DNA of 25,489 nucleotides, from positions 1 to 25,489 of the IMG/VR virus record IMGVR_UViG_3300035492_000021. One strand, given 5' to 3'. Position numbers and translations under genes: made by a program. The first letter of the stretch is position 1; each line of letters begins with the position of its first letter. Below are positions 16,175-25,083 of the stretch, piece after piece. The DNA is from a virus. Taxonomy: Duplodnaviria; Caudoviricetes. A model generated the notes under the pieces. It saw only the letters and a list, made by a program, of their open reading frames with translations. It was not told the origin of the DNA and did no database searches.

Positions 16175-17908
16175 ATGCTCAACGCCGCACCGCTCAACAG
16201 CGCGCCGCTCAACAGTGCCGGCAGCGCTACGCAGGAGCCTGTCTATGTGGTGCGCGGGCAGGCGTTCACTTGGGCCCTGCGGCTGGTTGTGGACGGCGCC
16301 AACCTCACCGCGCAGCTCACCGGCACCGTCGAGGTTGATCGGGAAGAGGGCGCTGCGGCCGTTGCCTCGTTCGATCTCTACATCCCACCCGGGCAAACGG
16401 TCACGCCGCCGGCTTGGAAGGGCAAGGCCATCGCCCTGGATTACCTCAGCATCGCAGCGGGCGAGACAACCGAGGCGCGGCGCTTCACCGGCGCCATCAG
16501 CCAGGCCGACTGGAACCCTGTGCGGCGCATCCTCAGCTGCGAGTGTTCCGACCGCCTGCAACAGCGCGTCGAGGGCATGAGCGTCCCGGCCATCGATGCA
16601 CTGGTGGGTGGCTACTGGTCTGTCGACCTGTTCGAGCCGGTCGAGGGGCGCAGCCATTGGGACTATGCGCTCGAGCGGCTCAGCTCGGTACCGGCCAGCC
16701 TCGACGGCTCGGTGACAGGCGAACTGCGGCTGACCAGCTGGTATGCCGCTGCGCCGCATTTCTTGTTCGGCCCCGGCACCACGCTCTACGAGACGGTAAA
16801 ACTGCAGGAATCGAGCTTCGACAGCACCACCAACCGAATCCAGCTGGAGATCAACTACCGCTACAGCCGGCTCTGGCAGCTCACCGAAAACTACGGCTGG
16901 GAGCACCCGGACATCGACGGCCTATCGGGCGTCGGCGCGTTATGCGCCTGGCGCCCTTGGTCGACCGAGCTGCCGACCACCGAGATGATCGAGGAAGCCG
17001 CAGCGAACGGCGGCTACCAGCTGGTCGGCGAAATTGCCGGGACCAAGCTGCCGCTGTCCATGCCCAACCCCTGCGGGGACGGCAGCCCCTGGATCAACAC
17101 GTTCGACAACCTCTGGCTGTCGGCGCAGTTCGCCGCCGGCTCGCGCTGGGTGCAGACCGTCACCGAGCAATACCGGCTGGTGCTGGCCACCGAGGCCGGG
17201 CAGGTTGAGGGGCAGCAGGTCGTGCAGCGCACGAGCTACAGCCTGAGCATTGAAACCGACCAGGCCGAGCAGTGGACCGAGTCGCCGCCGGATGCCACGG
17301 GCGACGTAACGACCGACCTCGCCGACGAGGCGCGGCGAGCCGCGGCCATCACCACGGCGCTGCACATCGCCCGCACGGACATCATCGCCGCGCACCGGGA
17401 AACCACCCTGAGCTGGCAGGTACCCACCTCGCTGGCGCTGGGCATCGACCTGGTGCACACGCTAAAGCTGAACGACCAGGGCGCGCACGCGATCGGTAAA
17501 TGCCGGCGCATTGTCGATGCGTTCGATCTGGGCTCTGGCGTGGCCACCACCACGCTGAGCATTGCCGTAATGGCCGGCAGCACGACGGGAGATGCGCTCA
17601 GCCTGCCCGCACGGCCGGACACCACGCTGCCGCCGCTGGGGCAGATCGGCAGCAACCTGGCGCTGCCCACCCAGCTGGGCGGGCGGATCAACGACCCGCA
17701 CACGGGCCAGCCGATCCCGCCGTATGACGACGCCGAGCCGGGTTTCTCCGGCAACTACGACACCAACGACTACCCGAGCGCCGAGACATTCCCGCGCCGG
17801 TTCGACCTGGACGCGCGCGAGATACCCGAGGCCTACCGCGACGAGCACGTGGCCACGGCCGAGCGCCTGTACCGGGTGGCAATCCCTAACGACACACTGG
17901 AGCTGTGA
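16175..17908 (+). CDS. tail tip / hub protein (577 aa)
   Basis: Synteny, an RRFTGAI...CSD motif and coding-like codon bias. Confidence 0.65.
   Translation: MLNAAPLNSAPLNSAGSATQEPVYVVRGQAFTWALRLVVDGANLTAQLTGTVEVDREEGAAAVASFDLYIPPGQTVTPPAWKGKAIALDYLSIAAGETTEARRFTGAISQADWNPVRRILSCECSDRLQQRVEGMSVPAIDALVGGYWSVDLFEPVEGRSHWDYALERLSSVPASLDGSVTGELRLTSWYAAAPHFLFGPGTTLYETVKLQESSFDSTTNRIQLEINYRYSRLWQLTENYGWEHPDIDGLSGVGALCAWRPWSTELPTTEMIEEAAANGGYQLVGEIAGTKLPLSMPNPCGDGSPWINTFDNLWLSAQFAAGSRWVQTVTEQYRLVLATEAGQVEGQQVVQRTSYSLSIETDQAEQWTESPPDATGDVTTDLADEARRAAAITTALHIARTDIIAAHRETTLSWQVPTSLALGIDLVHTLKLNDQGAHAIGKCRRIVDAFDLGSGVATTTLSIAVMAGSTTGDALSLPARPDTTLPPLGQIGSNLALPTQLGGRINDPHTGQPIPPYDDAEPGFSGNYDTNDYPSAETFPRRFDLDAREIPEAYRDEHVATAERLYRVAIPNDTLEL
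16177..16221 (+). repeat. 3 x 15-bp imperfect tandem repeat encoding LN(A/S)AP
   Basis: gctcaacgccgcacc / gctcaacagcgcgcc / gctcaacagtgccgg. Confidence 0.8.
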
Positions 17909-18561
17909 TGGCCTACGTCAACAACTACTCGGAGCTGGTCGAACTGGCACCGGGCGTGACCACGCTCGCCCTGGCGTTGCCCGATGGCAGCTACCGGCTG
18001 ACGCTGAGCGATGTCGCGGGCACCCGCTGGGAAATCGTCGACGCGGTGGTCGCCAGCGGCACCGCAACGCTCACGCGCGCGCAGGAGGGCACCACCGAGC
18101 AGGACTGGCCCACCGGCAGCCTGATCTACTGCGACGTGACAGCCGGCCAGCTGAATGACCTGCTCGCCCGGCTACAGGCGCTGGAAACGGCGCTGGGCAC
18201 GCGCTCGGTGACGGTAACCGTATCGGCGAGCGAGACAGTCGCGGGGTTCTACCTGCTCGACGACGTGCGGCAGGGCAGCGTGGCGCCGACATCGATAGAC
18301 GTGCCAGGTGTTGGCGCGACGGCGGTCGATACCCTCATGGCCTACGCTGGCGCCAACGAATTCACCGCGGCGCTGGAGGGCATGTTCGATCCGGCCGTGC
18401 TGGCCAGCATCGACGTGCAGGGCATCGGCGTGTTCCTGCTCGGCCAGGCCATCGACACATTTAGTGAAGACGGCTACACCGGCTGGACATGGTCCGCACC
18501 GAACGCCAGCGAATGGCTTAGCGGTGGCAGCCGGATTGTCACGTTCCGCTTCGCCTACTGA
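17908..18561 (+). CDS. tail tip / fibre-anchoring protein
   Basis: TGATG coupling. LTRAQEGT..DWPTGS...TAGQL motif, a short coiled coil, then a beta-rich C-terminal domain. Confidence 0.65.
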   Translation: MAYVNNYSELVELAPGVTTLALALPDGSYRLTLSDVAGTRWEIVDAVVASGTATLTRAQEGTTEQDWPTGSLIYCDVTAGQLNDLLARLQALETALGTRSVTVTVSASETVAGFYLLDDVRQGSVAPTSIDVPGVGATAVDTLMAYAGANEFTAALEGMFDPAVLASIDVQGIGVFLLGQAIDTFSEDGYTGWTWSAPNASEWLSGGSRIVTFRFAY

Positions 18562-18569
18562 GGTGGCCA

Positions 18570-19016
18570 ATGGCTTTAGGTGACGAACGCCGAGCCTCCG
18601 GGCAGGCAATGGAACAGGCCCGCCGCAATATCGGCCGCGCGAACGAGGCGGCGAGGCGCGCAGGCGGCGAGGCGATGGAAGCCTCGCGTCGTGGCCGGCA
18701 GGTAGTCGAGGACATCAACCGGCTGACCCGGCCGCAACCGGTTCGCCGCAGCCTGCCTACAATCGAGCCCGTCGGCGCACGCCCGGCCGCACGCGGGCGT
18801 GGCGTGTACACGCCGCCGCCCGCTACGCAGGGTGGCGGTGGCATCGCCGGGCCGCTGGTCGAGGTGTCCCGCACCTACGCGCCAGATCCCGAGTACATCG
18901 AAACCATTGACGGCAGCGGCTACTTCAAGGTGCGCCGCGTGGCATCCATCACCATGCTGGACGCCAACGACAATGAGGTCGTGTTCACCTACCTGCAGGC
19001 ACCACCCACGATATGA
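18570..19016 (+). CDS. hypothetical tail-region protein (Arg-rich N-terminus, GGGIAGPL motif)
   Basis: GAGG SD, and contiguous with its neighbours in the operon. Confidence 0.7.
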   Translation: MALGDERRASGQAMEQARRNIGRANEAARRAGGEAMEASRRGRQVVEDINRLTRPQPVRRSLPTIEPVGARPAARGRGVYTPPPATQGGGGIAGPLVEVSRTYAPDPEYIETIDGSGYFKVRRVASITMLDANDNEVVFTYLQAPPTI

Positions 19017-20572
19017 GCTGCGAATCTCGCTGGGCCTCGCCTCTGCACATAGAGGCCGTGGACCCATACCCCTGGCACGGCCTGGTCTACCAGGTGCCGC
19101 CCGGCACTGGTCGCCCGACGATCCAGCCAAGCGGCGGGCGCGCCGCACGGCTGCTGCCCGCGCCGCCGTACTGGTACGACAACCCGGTGGGCTACGATCC
19201 GATGGTCAGCCCCTCGCTGTGGGATATCGGCCGGCCAGACCCGCCGCAGACAGAATGCCTGGTGTTGGCTGGCGCGGAGTCGCTAGGGCGCAGGCTGGTT
19301 TTCCATACCTCGACCATTGCCCGGCTTAATGGCGTTACCAGACGGTTCCGGATACAGTGGCTTAACAAAAGCAGCCTGCAGCTATACGAGCTGCTCGCGT
19401 CGTCCGAGAGCCTGGTGGCATCCACCTCGCTGAACATCGCGGACGTGGCGGCGGGAATCACCCAGGTCATCAACCCCTTGAGCGGCCAGCCTGTTGCCAG
19501 TGCCATGGCGCCGAGCCTCGTGGCGCTGGATAGGAACCTCGATGGTACGGCGTACCTGTACGGCCTGCAGGCCAGCTACTCAGCAACGAGTGGGCAGCCA
19601 GTCAGATTTCTGGTCGGCGTGATTGAGGTCTTGATCGGTGTGGCAACAGATGGCACGCCGACCATAGCCCGCCGGGTGGTGGCGAACATGCCCGCGGCGC
19701 TCGGGCAAACCAGCTACAGCCGCAGCTCCCAACGGCGTGCGGCTGCGATCGACCCCTCGACCGGCGCGCTCGAATTTACGGACATACCGGCTGACTACTC
19801 GACGGGGGCCGGCGCCTATCCATACCCGCATGTCGGCGCCTTCTCCGAGACGCGCGAGCGGTCTGAGCAGATCGTCGGTGCCTGGTACCAGTCCGACGGC
19901 ACACCTGCGCTGGTGCGCCTGAAAACCCGTTACGAACGCACCGAGACCAGCGACCCCGATGGGAGCCATGGCGAGAAATTCGCGCCGGGCGACGAAACCT
20001 ACAGCAAGCAGGTCTGGAGCGTTACCTGGCAAACGACGCGCACCACAAGCGCAACCCTATCCGTGGCCGGCCATACGGTGGAAGTCGCGTTGGACGACGT
20101 GCGCTCCCGCGTTGCTTCCATCCAGAGCACCGGTTTTACCCCGCCCTGGAGCGGGCAGATCGCCTACGTGGATGACGAAACGGTCGCCCAGGTGGGCGCC
20201 TGGCACAGCGACTCGGTGCGTACCGACCAGCCGGTGATCAGCGAATGGGCCTCCATCGTCAGCATCTCCGCGTCGGCCCCGCCCGATGGCGCCGTGGTCT
20301 ATGCGCCCGATGAGGTGCAGTTCGGTTCGCACCTGGTAGTGCGCCTCGCCGCCACCCGGTGCGAGAAAACATTCGGCCTACGCATCGCGGCAGATGGCCA
20401 GATGCACATCAGCCCCGTCATCACGCCGGCCGGCGTGCACGGCGCGATGGCCGCCATCGCGCAGACCGCGTTCGGCTGGTCGCAGGCCGAGCTTTCCACC
20501 TACAACCCCATGACAGGCCAGACCGCACGCCAGGTCGATTACCCAGGCTGGCGCATTCAAGGCTGGTTATAG
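19013..20572 (+). CDS. putative tail structural / receptor-binding protein (519 aa)
   Basis: ATGA overlap, PWHGLV N-terminal motif, beta-rich Ser/Thr-rich body. Confidence 0.6.
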   Translation: MSCESRWASPLHIEAVDPYPWHGLVYQVPPGTGRPTIQPSGGRAARLLPAPPYWYDNPVGYDPMVSPSLWDIGRPDPPQTECLVLAGAESLGRRLVFHTSTIARLNGVTRRFRIQWLNKSSLQLYELLASSESLVASTSLNIADVAAGITQVINPLSGQPVASAMAPSLVALDRNLDGTAYLYGLQASYSATSGQPVRFLVGVIEVLIGVATDGTPTIARRVVANMPAALGQTSYSRSSQRRAAAIDPSTGALEFTDIPADYSTGAGAYPYPHVGAFSETRERSEQIVGAWYQSDGTPALVRLKTRYERTETSDPDGSHGEKFAPGDETYSKQVWSVTWQTTRTTSATLSVAGHTVEVALDDVRSRVASIQSTGFTPPWSGQIAYVDDETVAQVGAWHSDSVRTDQPVISEWASIVSISASAPPDGAVVYAPDEVQFGSHLVVRLAATRCEKTFGLRIAADGQMHISPVITPAGVHGAMAAIAQTAFGWSQAELSTYNPMTGQTARQVDYPGWRIQGWL

Positions 20573-20610
20573 CCCGCCACTGCGCAGGCGTACTTTCATC
20601 AGGAGCCACC

Positions 20611-21189
20611 ATGCAACCCGCACGACTGGATCTCTCGATCATCCAGGGCTCGACCCTGCGCGACACCCTGCGGCTGATGCAGCCGCGCTATGAATACCGG
20701 CCCATCACCGCCCTCGGCGGCTCGCCGCTGCGCCTGACCGTCGACCACGGCCTGCCGGGTAACTGGCTGGCCTGGGTGCAGGGCGTGAGCGGCATGCATG
20801 GCGTAAACCGATCGCCACAAACAGAGCGCCCGCACCGCGTCAGCGTCGTTGACGCCGCCACGCTGGAAATCAACGCACTCTCGGCGTTCGAGCTCAGCCC
20901 AAGCGGCGGCCAACTGATCTACAAACCGCCCGTGGACCTGACCGGCGCCACCGCCCGCATGCAGATCCGCGCGCAGGTAGGCGGGGCGGTGCTGCTCGAG
21001 TTGACCACCGCCAACGGCGGCCTGGCGTTCACCGGCCCAGGCACGATCACCCGCACCCTGAGCGCAGCACAAACCGCAGTGCTCACCTGGGCCGAGGCCG
21101 TCTATGACCTCGAGGTCGAGTACGCCGACGGCACCGTCCAGCGCTACCTGCAGGGGGACGTCACCGTGAGCCGCGAGGTGACCGTATGA
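20611..21189 (+). CDS. BppU-like fibre attachment protein
   Basis: AGGAG SD. LDLSIIQG...VDLTGATARMQIR...YDLEV...LQGDVTVSREVT motifs. Confidence 0.7.
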   Translation: MQPARLDLSIIQGSTLRDTLRLMQPRYEYRPITALGGSPLRLTVDHGLPGNWLAWVQGVSGMHGVNRSPQTERPHRVSVVDAATLEINALSAFELSPSGGQLIYKPPVDLTGATARMQIRAQVGGAVLLELTTANGGLAFTGPGTITRTLSAAQTAVLTWAEAVYDLEVEYADGTVQRYLQGDVTVSREVTV

Positions 21190-21473
21190 GCACCGTCGCG
21201 ATCTGCGGTGACCCCGAGGTGCTGGTCATCGAGGCTGGCGCGGAATACGCCGTAGGCCTTGAGCCGGACGCAGAGACGGCTGTCGTCATGGCCGGCGAAC
21301 AGGGCCCGCCAGGGCGTGATGGCGTAGGGGCTGGCGGCATTTCCTATATCCAAGACCATGAACCAGTCGGCGCCAATGAGAGCGAGACCTGGTGGAACCC
21401 ATTGACCTTGCAACTCAAGGTTTACCACAACAACCGATTCGAACCCGTGTCGCCAGACGGCGGCCATTTCTGA
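21186..21473 (+). CDS. short tail fibre segment / adaptor (collagen-like triplets, ends DGGHF)
   Basis: GEQGPPGRDG and TWWNP..LKVY motifs. ATGA overlap. Confidence 0.7.
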   Translation: MSTVAICGDPEVLVIEAGAEYAVGLEPDAETAVVMAGEQGPPGRDGVGAGGISYIQDHEPVGANESETWWNPLTLQLKVYHNNRFEPVSPDGGHF

Positions 21474-21482
21474 GGAGCCACC

Positions 21483-21944
21483 ATGGCTGACACCATCCGC
21501 ATCAAACGTTCCGACGTAACCGCCGCACCGTCCAGCCTGGCTGCAGGTGAGCTTGCCTATTCCGAGGCGTCCGGTCTGCTGTACTACGGCCGAATCAGCG
21601 ACGGCACGCCGGTTGTCATCGGCGGCAAAGCGCTAAAGGACAAGCTCGACGGCCTGACTTCGACAGATATTTCGAACTTCACCGCGGCTGTCGAGGCCGT
21701 TATTCAGGCGGCCAGCATTGGCGATCTGTCCGACGTGAGCCTGACCGGCGCCGCAAACGGGCAGGTGCTCGTCTACCGAGACGGCTCCTTCGTGATGGAA
21801 GCCCCGCCGAGCGGCGTGACAACCTTCGTCACGCTCACCGATACCCCTTCTTCATTCACCGGCGCTGCCGGGCGGATCGTCAAGGTCAACGCTGCAGCGA
21901 ACGCGCTGGAGTTCGTGGACGGAATCGACGGCGGCACATACTGA
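21483..21944 (+). CDS. tail fibre segment (N-terminal KRS...GELA domain, ends DGGTY)
   Basis: GAGGAG SD. IRIKRS..PSSLAAGELAY, LSDVSL...NGQVLVY and LTDTPSSF motifs. Confidence 0.75.
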   Translation: MADTIRIKRSDVTAAPSSLAAGELAYSEASGLLYYGRISDGTPVVIGGKALKDKLDGLTSTDISNFTAAVEAVIQAASIGDLSDVSLTGAANGQVLVYRDGSFVMEAPPSGVTTFVTLTDTPSSFTGAAGRIVKVNAAANALEFVDGIDGGTY

Positions 21945-21952
21945 GGTGACGC

Positions 21953-22786
21953 ATGGCTGACAAGATTCTACATAAGCGTTCTGCTACGCCGTCGGCCGTA
22001 CCGTCTGCTGCATCCCTGGAGCTTGGGGAGTTGGCGCTGAACACCGCAGACGGCCGCGCCTTCATGAAGAAGAACGACGGGGCGGTAGTAGAAATCGGCA
22101 GCACCGCATCCGGCTACTTCCGCACCGAGCCCATCACTGCCACTGCAACCGGGCAAACCTCATTCACGGTGCCTGGTGGCTACACCCCGGGCGCGATCTT
22201 CGTCTCGCTCAATGGCGCGACCCTGCCGCCTGCTGACTTCACCGCCACGGACGGAACAACTGTCGTGCTAGCGAGCGGCGATGGGGTCGTGGCCGGTTCC
22301 GTCCTGCTCGTGCACGTGCTGTCGGCGTTCGAGGTGGCGGATGCGCTGCCGCTGGGAGGGACGGCGGCTGATTCGATCAAGCTGGGCGGGATTGCTGCTG
22401 CAGACTTCTACCGCCGCGCGAACATCCTCGGAACCGTCTCCCAAGCCGGCGGCGTGCCCACGGGTGCCCTTGTCCAGTACATCAGCAATTCCAACGGTGA
22501 GGCTTGGCGATACGCGGGAGGGATGCAGATTTGCACCCACTCTCAATCTGACACTACAGCGCCAACTACGGCAGATGGGTCGCTATATCGCAGCGAAGGT
22601 GCGACCTGGACATACCCAGCGTCGTTCGCGGCACCTCCAGCGGTTGATGGCGCCGTGAATGCGATCTACGAATGGCCGGCATTCAATCCTCCGACAGCTA
22701 CGTCGGTTGCCTGGGTCACATGGAAACCGCGGGTAGGTAGCGCCACCCGAACTGCAACGCTATCCGCCATTGGCCGCTGGTACTAA
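21953..22786 (+). CDS. tail fibre protein with a C-terminal receptor-binding tip
   Basis: ILHKRS..LELGELALNTADG N-terminus, central TATGQTSF..LNG..DFTATDG domain, C-terminal ANILGTVSQAGGVPTGA...NSNG...AIGRWY module. Confidence 0.8.
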   Translation: MADKILHKRSATPSAVPSAASLELGELALNTADGRAFMKKNDGAVVEIGSTASGYFRTEPITATATGQTSFTVPGGYTPGAIFVSLNGATLPPADFTATDGTTVVLASGDGVVAGSVLLVHVLSAFEVADALPLGGTAADSIKLGGIAAADFYRRANILGTVSQAGGVPTGALVQYISNSNGEAWRYAGGMQICTHSQSDTTAPTTADGSLYRSEGATWTYPASFAAPPAVDGAVNAIYEWPAFNPPTATSVAWVTWKPRVGSATRTATLSAIGRWY

Positions 22787-22795
22787 GGAGCGCAC

Positions 22796-23107
22796 ATGCA
22801 TATCACGCTTTCCCCCTTCGCTCCGCTGCCTGGACAATTCGTTCCGCTGACGGCCTCCCTCGCCGGCGACGTGCTGACCATCAACGGCGTCGAGTTCAAT
22901 TTCGGCCCGCTTCCCGATGGCGCCACGCTGCCGGCCGAGGCGATTGATTCGCCGTGGATCATCGGCCCGGTATCGCGCATTGACGGCGAGCTGCACCTGA
23001 CGTTGCTACTTCCTTATGTCTCGGATGGCAGCCACTTCGAGCCATCGCCAATCCATGTAACCGAGGACGGCATGATTCCGCTGCCAACTGACGAGGTGCC
23101 GGCATGA
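22796..23107 (+). CDS. tail fibre assembly chaperone
   Basis: AAGGAG SD. ITLSP...GDVLTING..F.F..LPDGATLPAEAI, a family that typically follows GRWY-ending fibres in Pseudomonas phages. Confidence 0.75.
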   Translation: MHITLSPFAPLPGQFVPLTASLAGDVLTINGVEFNFGPLPDGATLPAEAIDSPWIIGPVSRIDGELHLTLLLPYVSDGSHFEPSPIHVTEDGMIPLPTDEVPA

Positions 23108-23577
23108 TCGACTGGAGCCTGATGCAAACGGCCGAGCAGAAAGCAGCCGAGGCGGCGAGTGCTGCGCTCGCGGCTCGTCTGGCGGCGAACATCCAAGCCT
23201 ACAACGCCACCACCGCCGCCCTGACAGCCGACTACCCGCAGCTCGAAAAGGACACCTGGCCTACGCAGAACGAGGAGGCATCGGCCTGGGTGACTGATCC
23301 GGCCGGCGCGGCAACACCATGGATTGACCTGGCGGCGGTCGAGCGCGGTATTGAGCGAGAGGAGTACATCCGCCGCACGTTGATCAAGGCGCGGCAGTTC
23401 AAGGTGATGAGCGCGTTTCTCACTGGCCGCCGCCAGCGCTACGAGGACCAGATCAAGGCCGGCAATGACCAGGTGCTGGATTACGCGCTGACGCCAGAAG
23501 TTCTCGCCGAGCTGCAGCAGATCACTGAAACCATCATGTCCACGCCGGCTGCGGGCCTGCAGGAGGCGCTTGCATGA
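23104..23577 (+). CDS. second fibre-associated helical protein (assembly factor)
   Basis: MIDWS N-terminus and YPQLEKDTWPTQNEEA motif. ATGA overlap. Confidence 0.65.
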   Translation: MIDWSLMQTAEQKAAEAASAALAARLAANIQAYNATTAALTADYPQLEKDTWPTQNEEASAWVTDPAGAATPWIDLAAVERGIEREEYIRRTLIKARQFKVMSAFLTGRRQRYEDQIKAGNDQVLDYALTPEVLAELQQITETIMSTPAAGLQEALA

Positions 23578-23963
23578 CCGTTCAGCTCGCGCTGTACAAG
23601 GGCAAGGGCCAGGTCGGAAACGCGTTCATCCGGCTCTGGACGGGGTCGATCTACTCGCACTGCGAGCTAGTCGTCGACGGCTGGTGCTACTCGTCCTCGG
23701 TCATGGACAAGGGCGTGCGCCGCAAGCTGGTTGGAGAGGGTGAGGGGCGCATCAGCTTGGCGCCTGACAAGTGGGTCCTGGTGCCGCTGCCGTGGGCGGA
23801 CGCCGGCGCGATCGTCGAGTATTTCGAGGCGACGGACCATCACCGCTACGGCTGGCCGTCGCTGATCCTGTCGCAGTTCCTCAATCTGAACCGGCCCGTG
23901 CAGGGCGCGCAGTTCTGCTCGGAATGGTGCGCCTATCTCGGCCAAATGGGAGCAATGGCATGA
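23574..23963 (+). CDS. permuted papain-like (NlpC/P60, YiiX-type) enzyme, possibly C-terminally shortened
   Basis: YSHCEL (His) lies N-terminal to FCSEW (Cys), the permuted catalytic order. Confidence 0.7.
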   Translation: MTVQLALYKGKGQVGNAFIRLWTGSIYSHCELVVDGWCYSSSVMDKGVRRKLVGEGEGRISLAPDKWVLVPLPWADAGAIVEYFEATDHHRYGWPSLILSQFLNLNRPVQGAQFCSEWCAYLGQMGAMA

Positions 23964-24535
23964 CAGCAGCACGTGACCTGGCGCGTTTGGCACAGGTTCC
24001 ATCTATCGGCGGGCGCTTCGCCTGGAAAAGCTCAGGCTGGGAAGCGCTAACGCCAGATGCTGATTTGCTTAATCGGGCAAACCATACTGGGGCGCAGGCG
24101 ATCAGCACCGTCTCCGGCCTGCAGTCCGAGCTCGATGCGAAGGCCGCACTGAACAACACGGTGCTGCAGTACGGCGGCACGACGAAGTTCAGAACCACCA
24201 CGGCCGGCGTATCGATCACCGGAACCATGTCCGCGACCTCCGATCGCAGGTTTAAGTCGAACATCCGTCCGCACGATGCGGACTCCGCATGGGCGCGGCT
24301 CGGCCGGTTGCGTACCTGTGCGTTCTTCTACGACCTGATCGGTACCGACTACACAGGATGGATTGCTCAAGAAGTGCAGCCGATTTACCCGCACTCCGTG
24401 ACCGAGGTAGGAGGTGAGGATGGCACGCACTTGACGCTTAGCCGCGACGAGATAATCGCCGATCTGGTTGCGGTCGTTCAGGATCAACAGCGCCGCATTG
24501 CAAGGTTGGAGGCTCTCTATGGCGCTACCCAGTAG
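23960..24535 (+). CDS. short tail fibre with a C-terminal intramolecular chaperone (peptidase S74)
   Basis: ATG 23960 (ATGA overlap, GGGAG SD). SDRRFKSNI, GWIAQEV and a terminal coiled coil; also RANHTGAQAISTVSGLQ. Confidence 0.85.
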   Translation: MTAARDLARLAQVPSIGGRFAWKSSGWEALTPDADLLNRANHTGAQAISTVSGLQSELDAKAALNNTVLQYGGTTKFRTTTAGVSITGTMSATSDRRFKSNIRPHDADSAWARLGRLRTCAFFYDLIGTDYTGWIAQEVQPIYPHSVTEVGGEDGTHLTLSRDEIIADLVAVVQDQQRRIARLEALYGATQ

Positions 24536-25058
24536 CGGAACCATGACCAGTGCGCAGCTGGCGCAGGAGCTATACGGCGACAGCGAACGCTCGGTGACGA
24601 TACCGAGTGCAGATTCCAGATCATTGGCCGGCAAGCAAACTGGTACGATCGTGTTTCCAGAAGACTTCTATGGCAAGAGCGTCACGCCTGCTGGCATCGT
24701 CCTGAACTCGTCCGGTACCGGGTTCGCCAAGAACATCACCGGCTCATTGAGCCCGGCATTCGCCAACGTGCAGCCCGGCGCGGCCGCTGTGCAGGGCGCT
24801 AGCGGCGAGATACTCGAGCTGAGCTGGACGGCCGGCACGCCGAACGACCCCGGCTACCCTGATCGCGTTACGCTGCAGGTCAACGGCTCGTTCGCCTCGG
24901 CGTCGGCCGTGCCGTTCAGCACGCTGACCGTCGACGGGGCTACCGTCTATTCCAAGACCAGCGCCGTGTTCCAGAACCTCGGCAGCGCCTGTACGCTGAC
25001 CTGGCGCAATGTGTCGAACCCATTCCCGGCCGGGAATCACTCAGTCGTCTTCGCCTAA
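24519..25058 (+). CDS. putative distal adhesin / fibre tip protein
   Basis: GGAGG SD. MALPSSG...ELYG...LAGK..G.I...DFYGKS N-terminal module followed by a beta-sandwich-like domain. It overlaps the S74 fibre gene. Confidence 0.7.
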   Translation: MALPSSGTMTSAQLAQELYGDSERSVTIPSADSRSLAGKQTGTIVFPEDFYGKSVTPAGIVLNSSGTGFAKNITGSLSPAFANVQPGAAAVQGASGEILELSWTAGTPNDPGYPDRVTLQVNGSFASASAVPFSTLTVDGATVYSKTSAVFQNLGSACTLTWRNVSNPFPAGNHSVVFA

Positions 25059-25059
25059 C

Positions 25060-25083
25060 AGCCCCGCCAGTCGGGGCTTTTTT
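25060..25083 (+). terminator. intrinsic terminator
   Basis: AGCCCCG-ccagt-CGGGGCT with a T6 run. Confidence 0.85.

Noticed and set aside
20571-20600. Terminator-like sequence AGCCCGCCACTGCGCAGGCGTACTTT
   Set aside because: Imperfect stem and no real U tract; at most a decayed terminator.
21186-25058. Diversity-generating retroelement or invertible fibre cassette
   Set aside because: No reverse transcriptase, invertase, template/variable repeat pair or inverted fibre segment was seen in the window.
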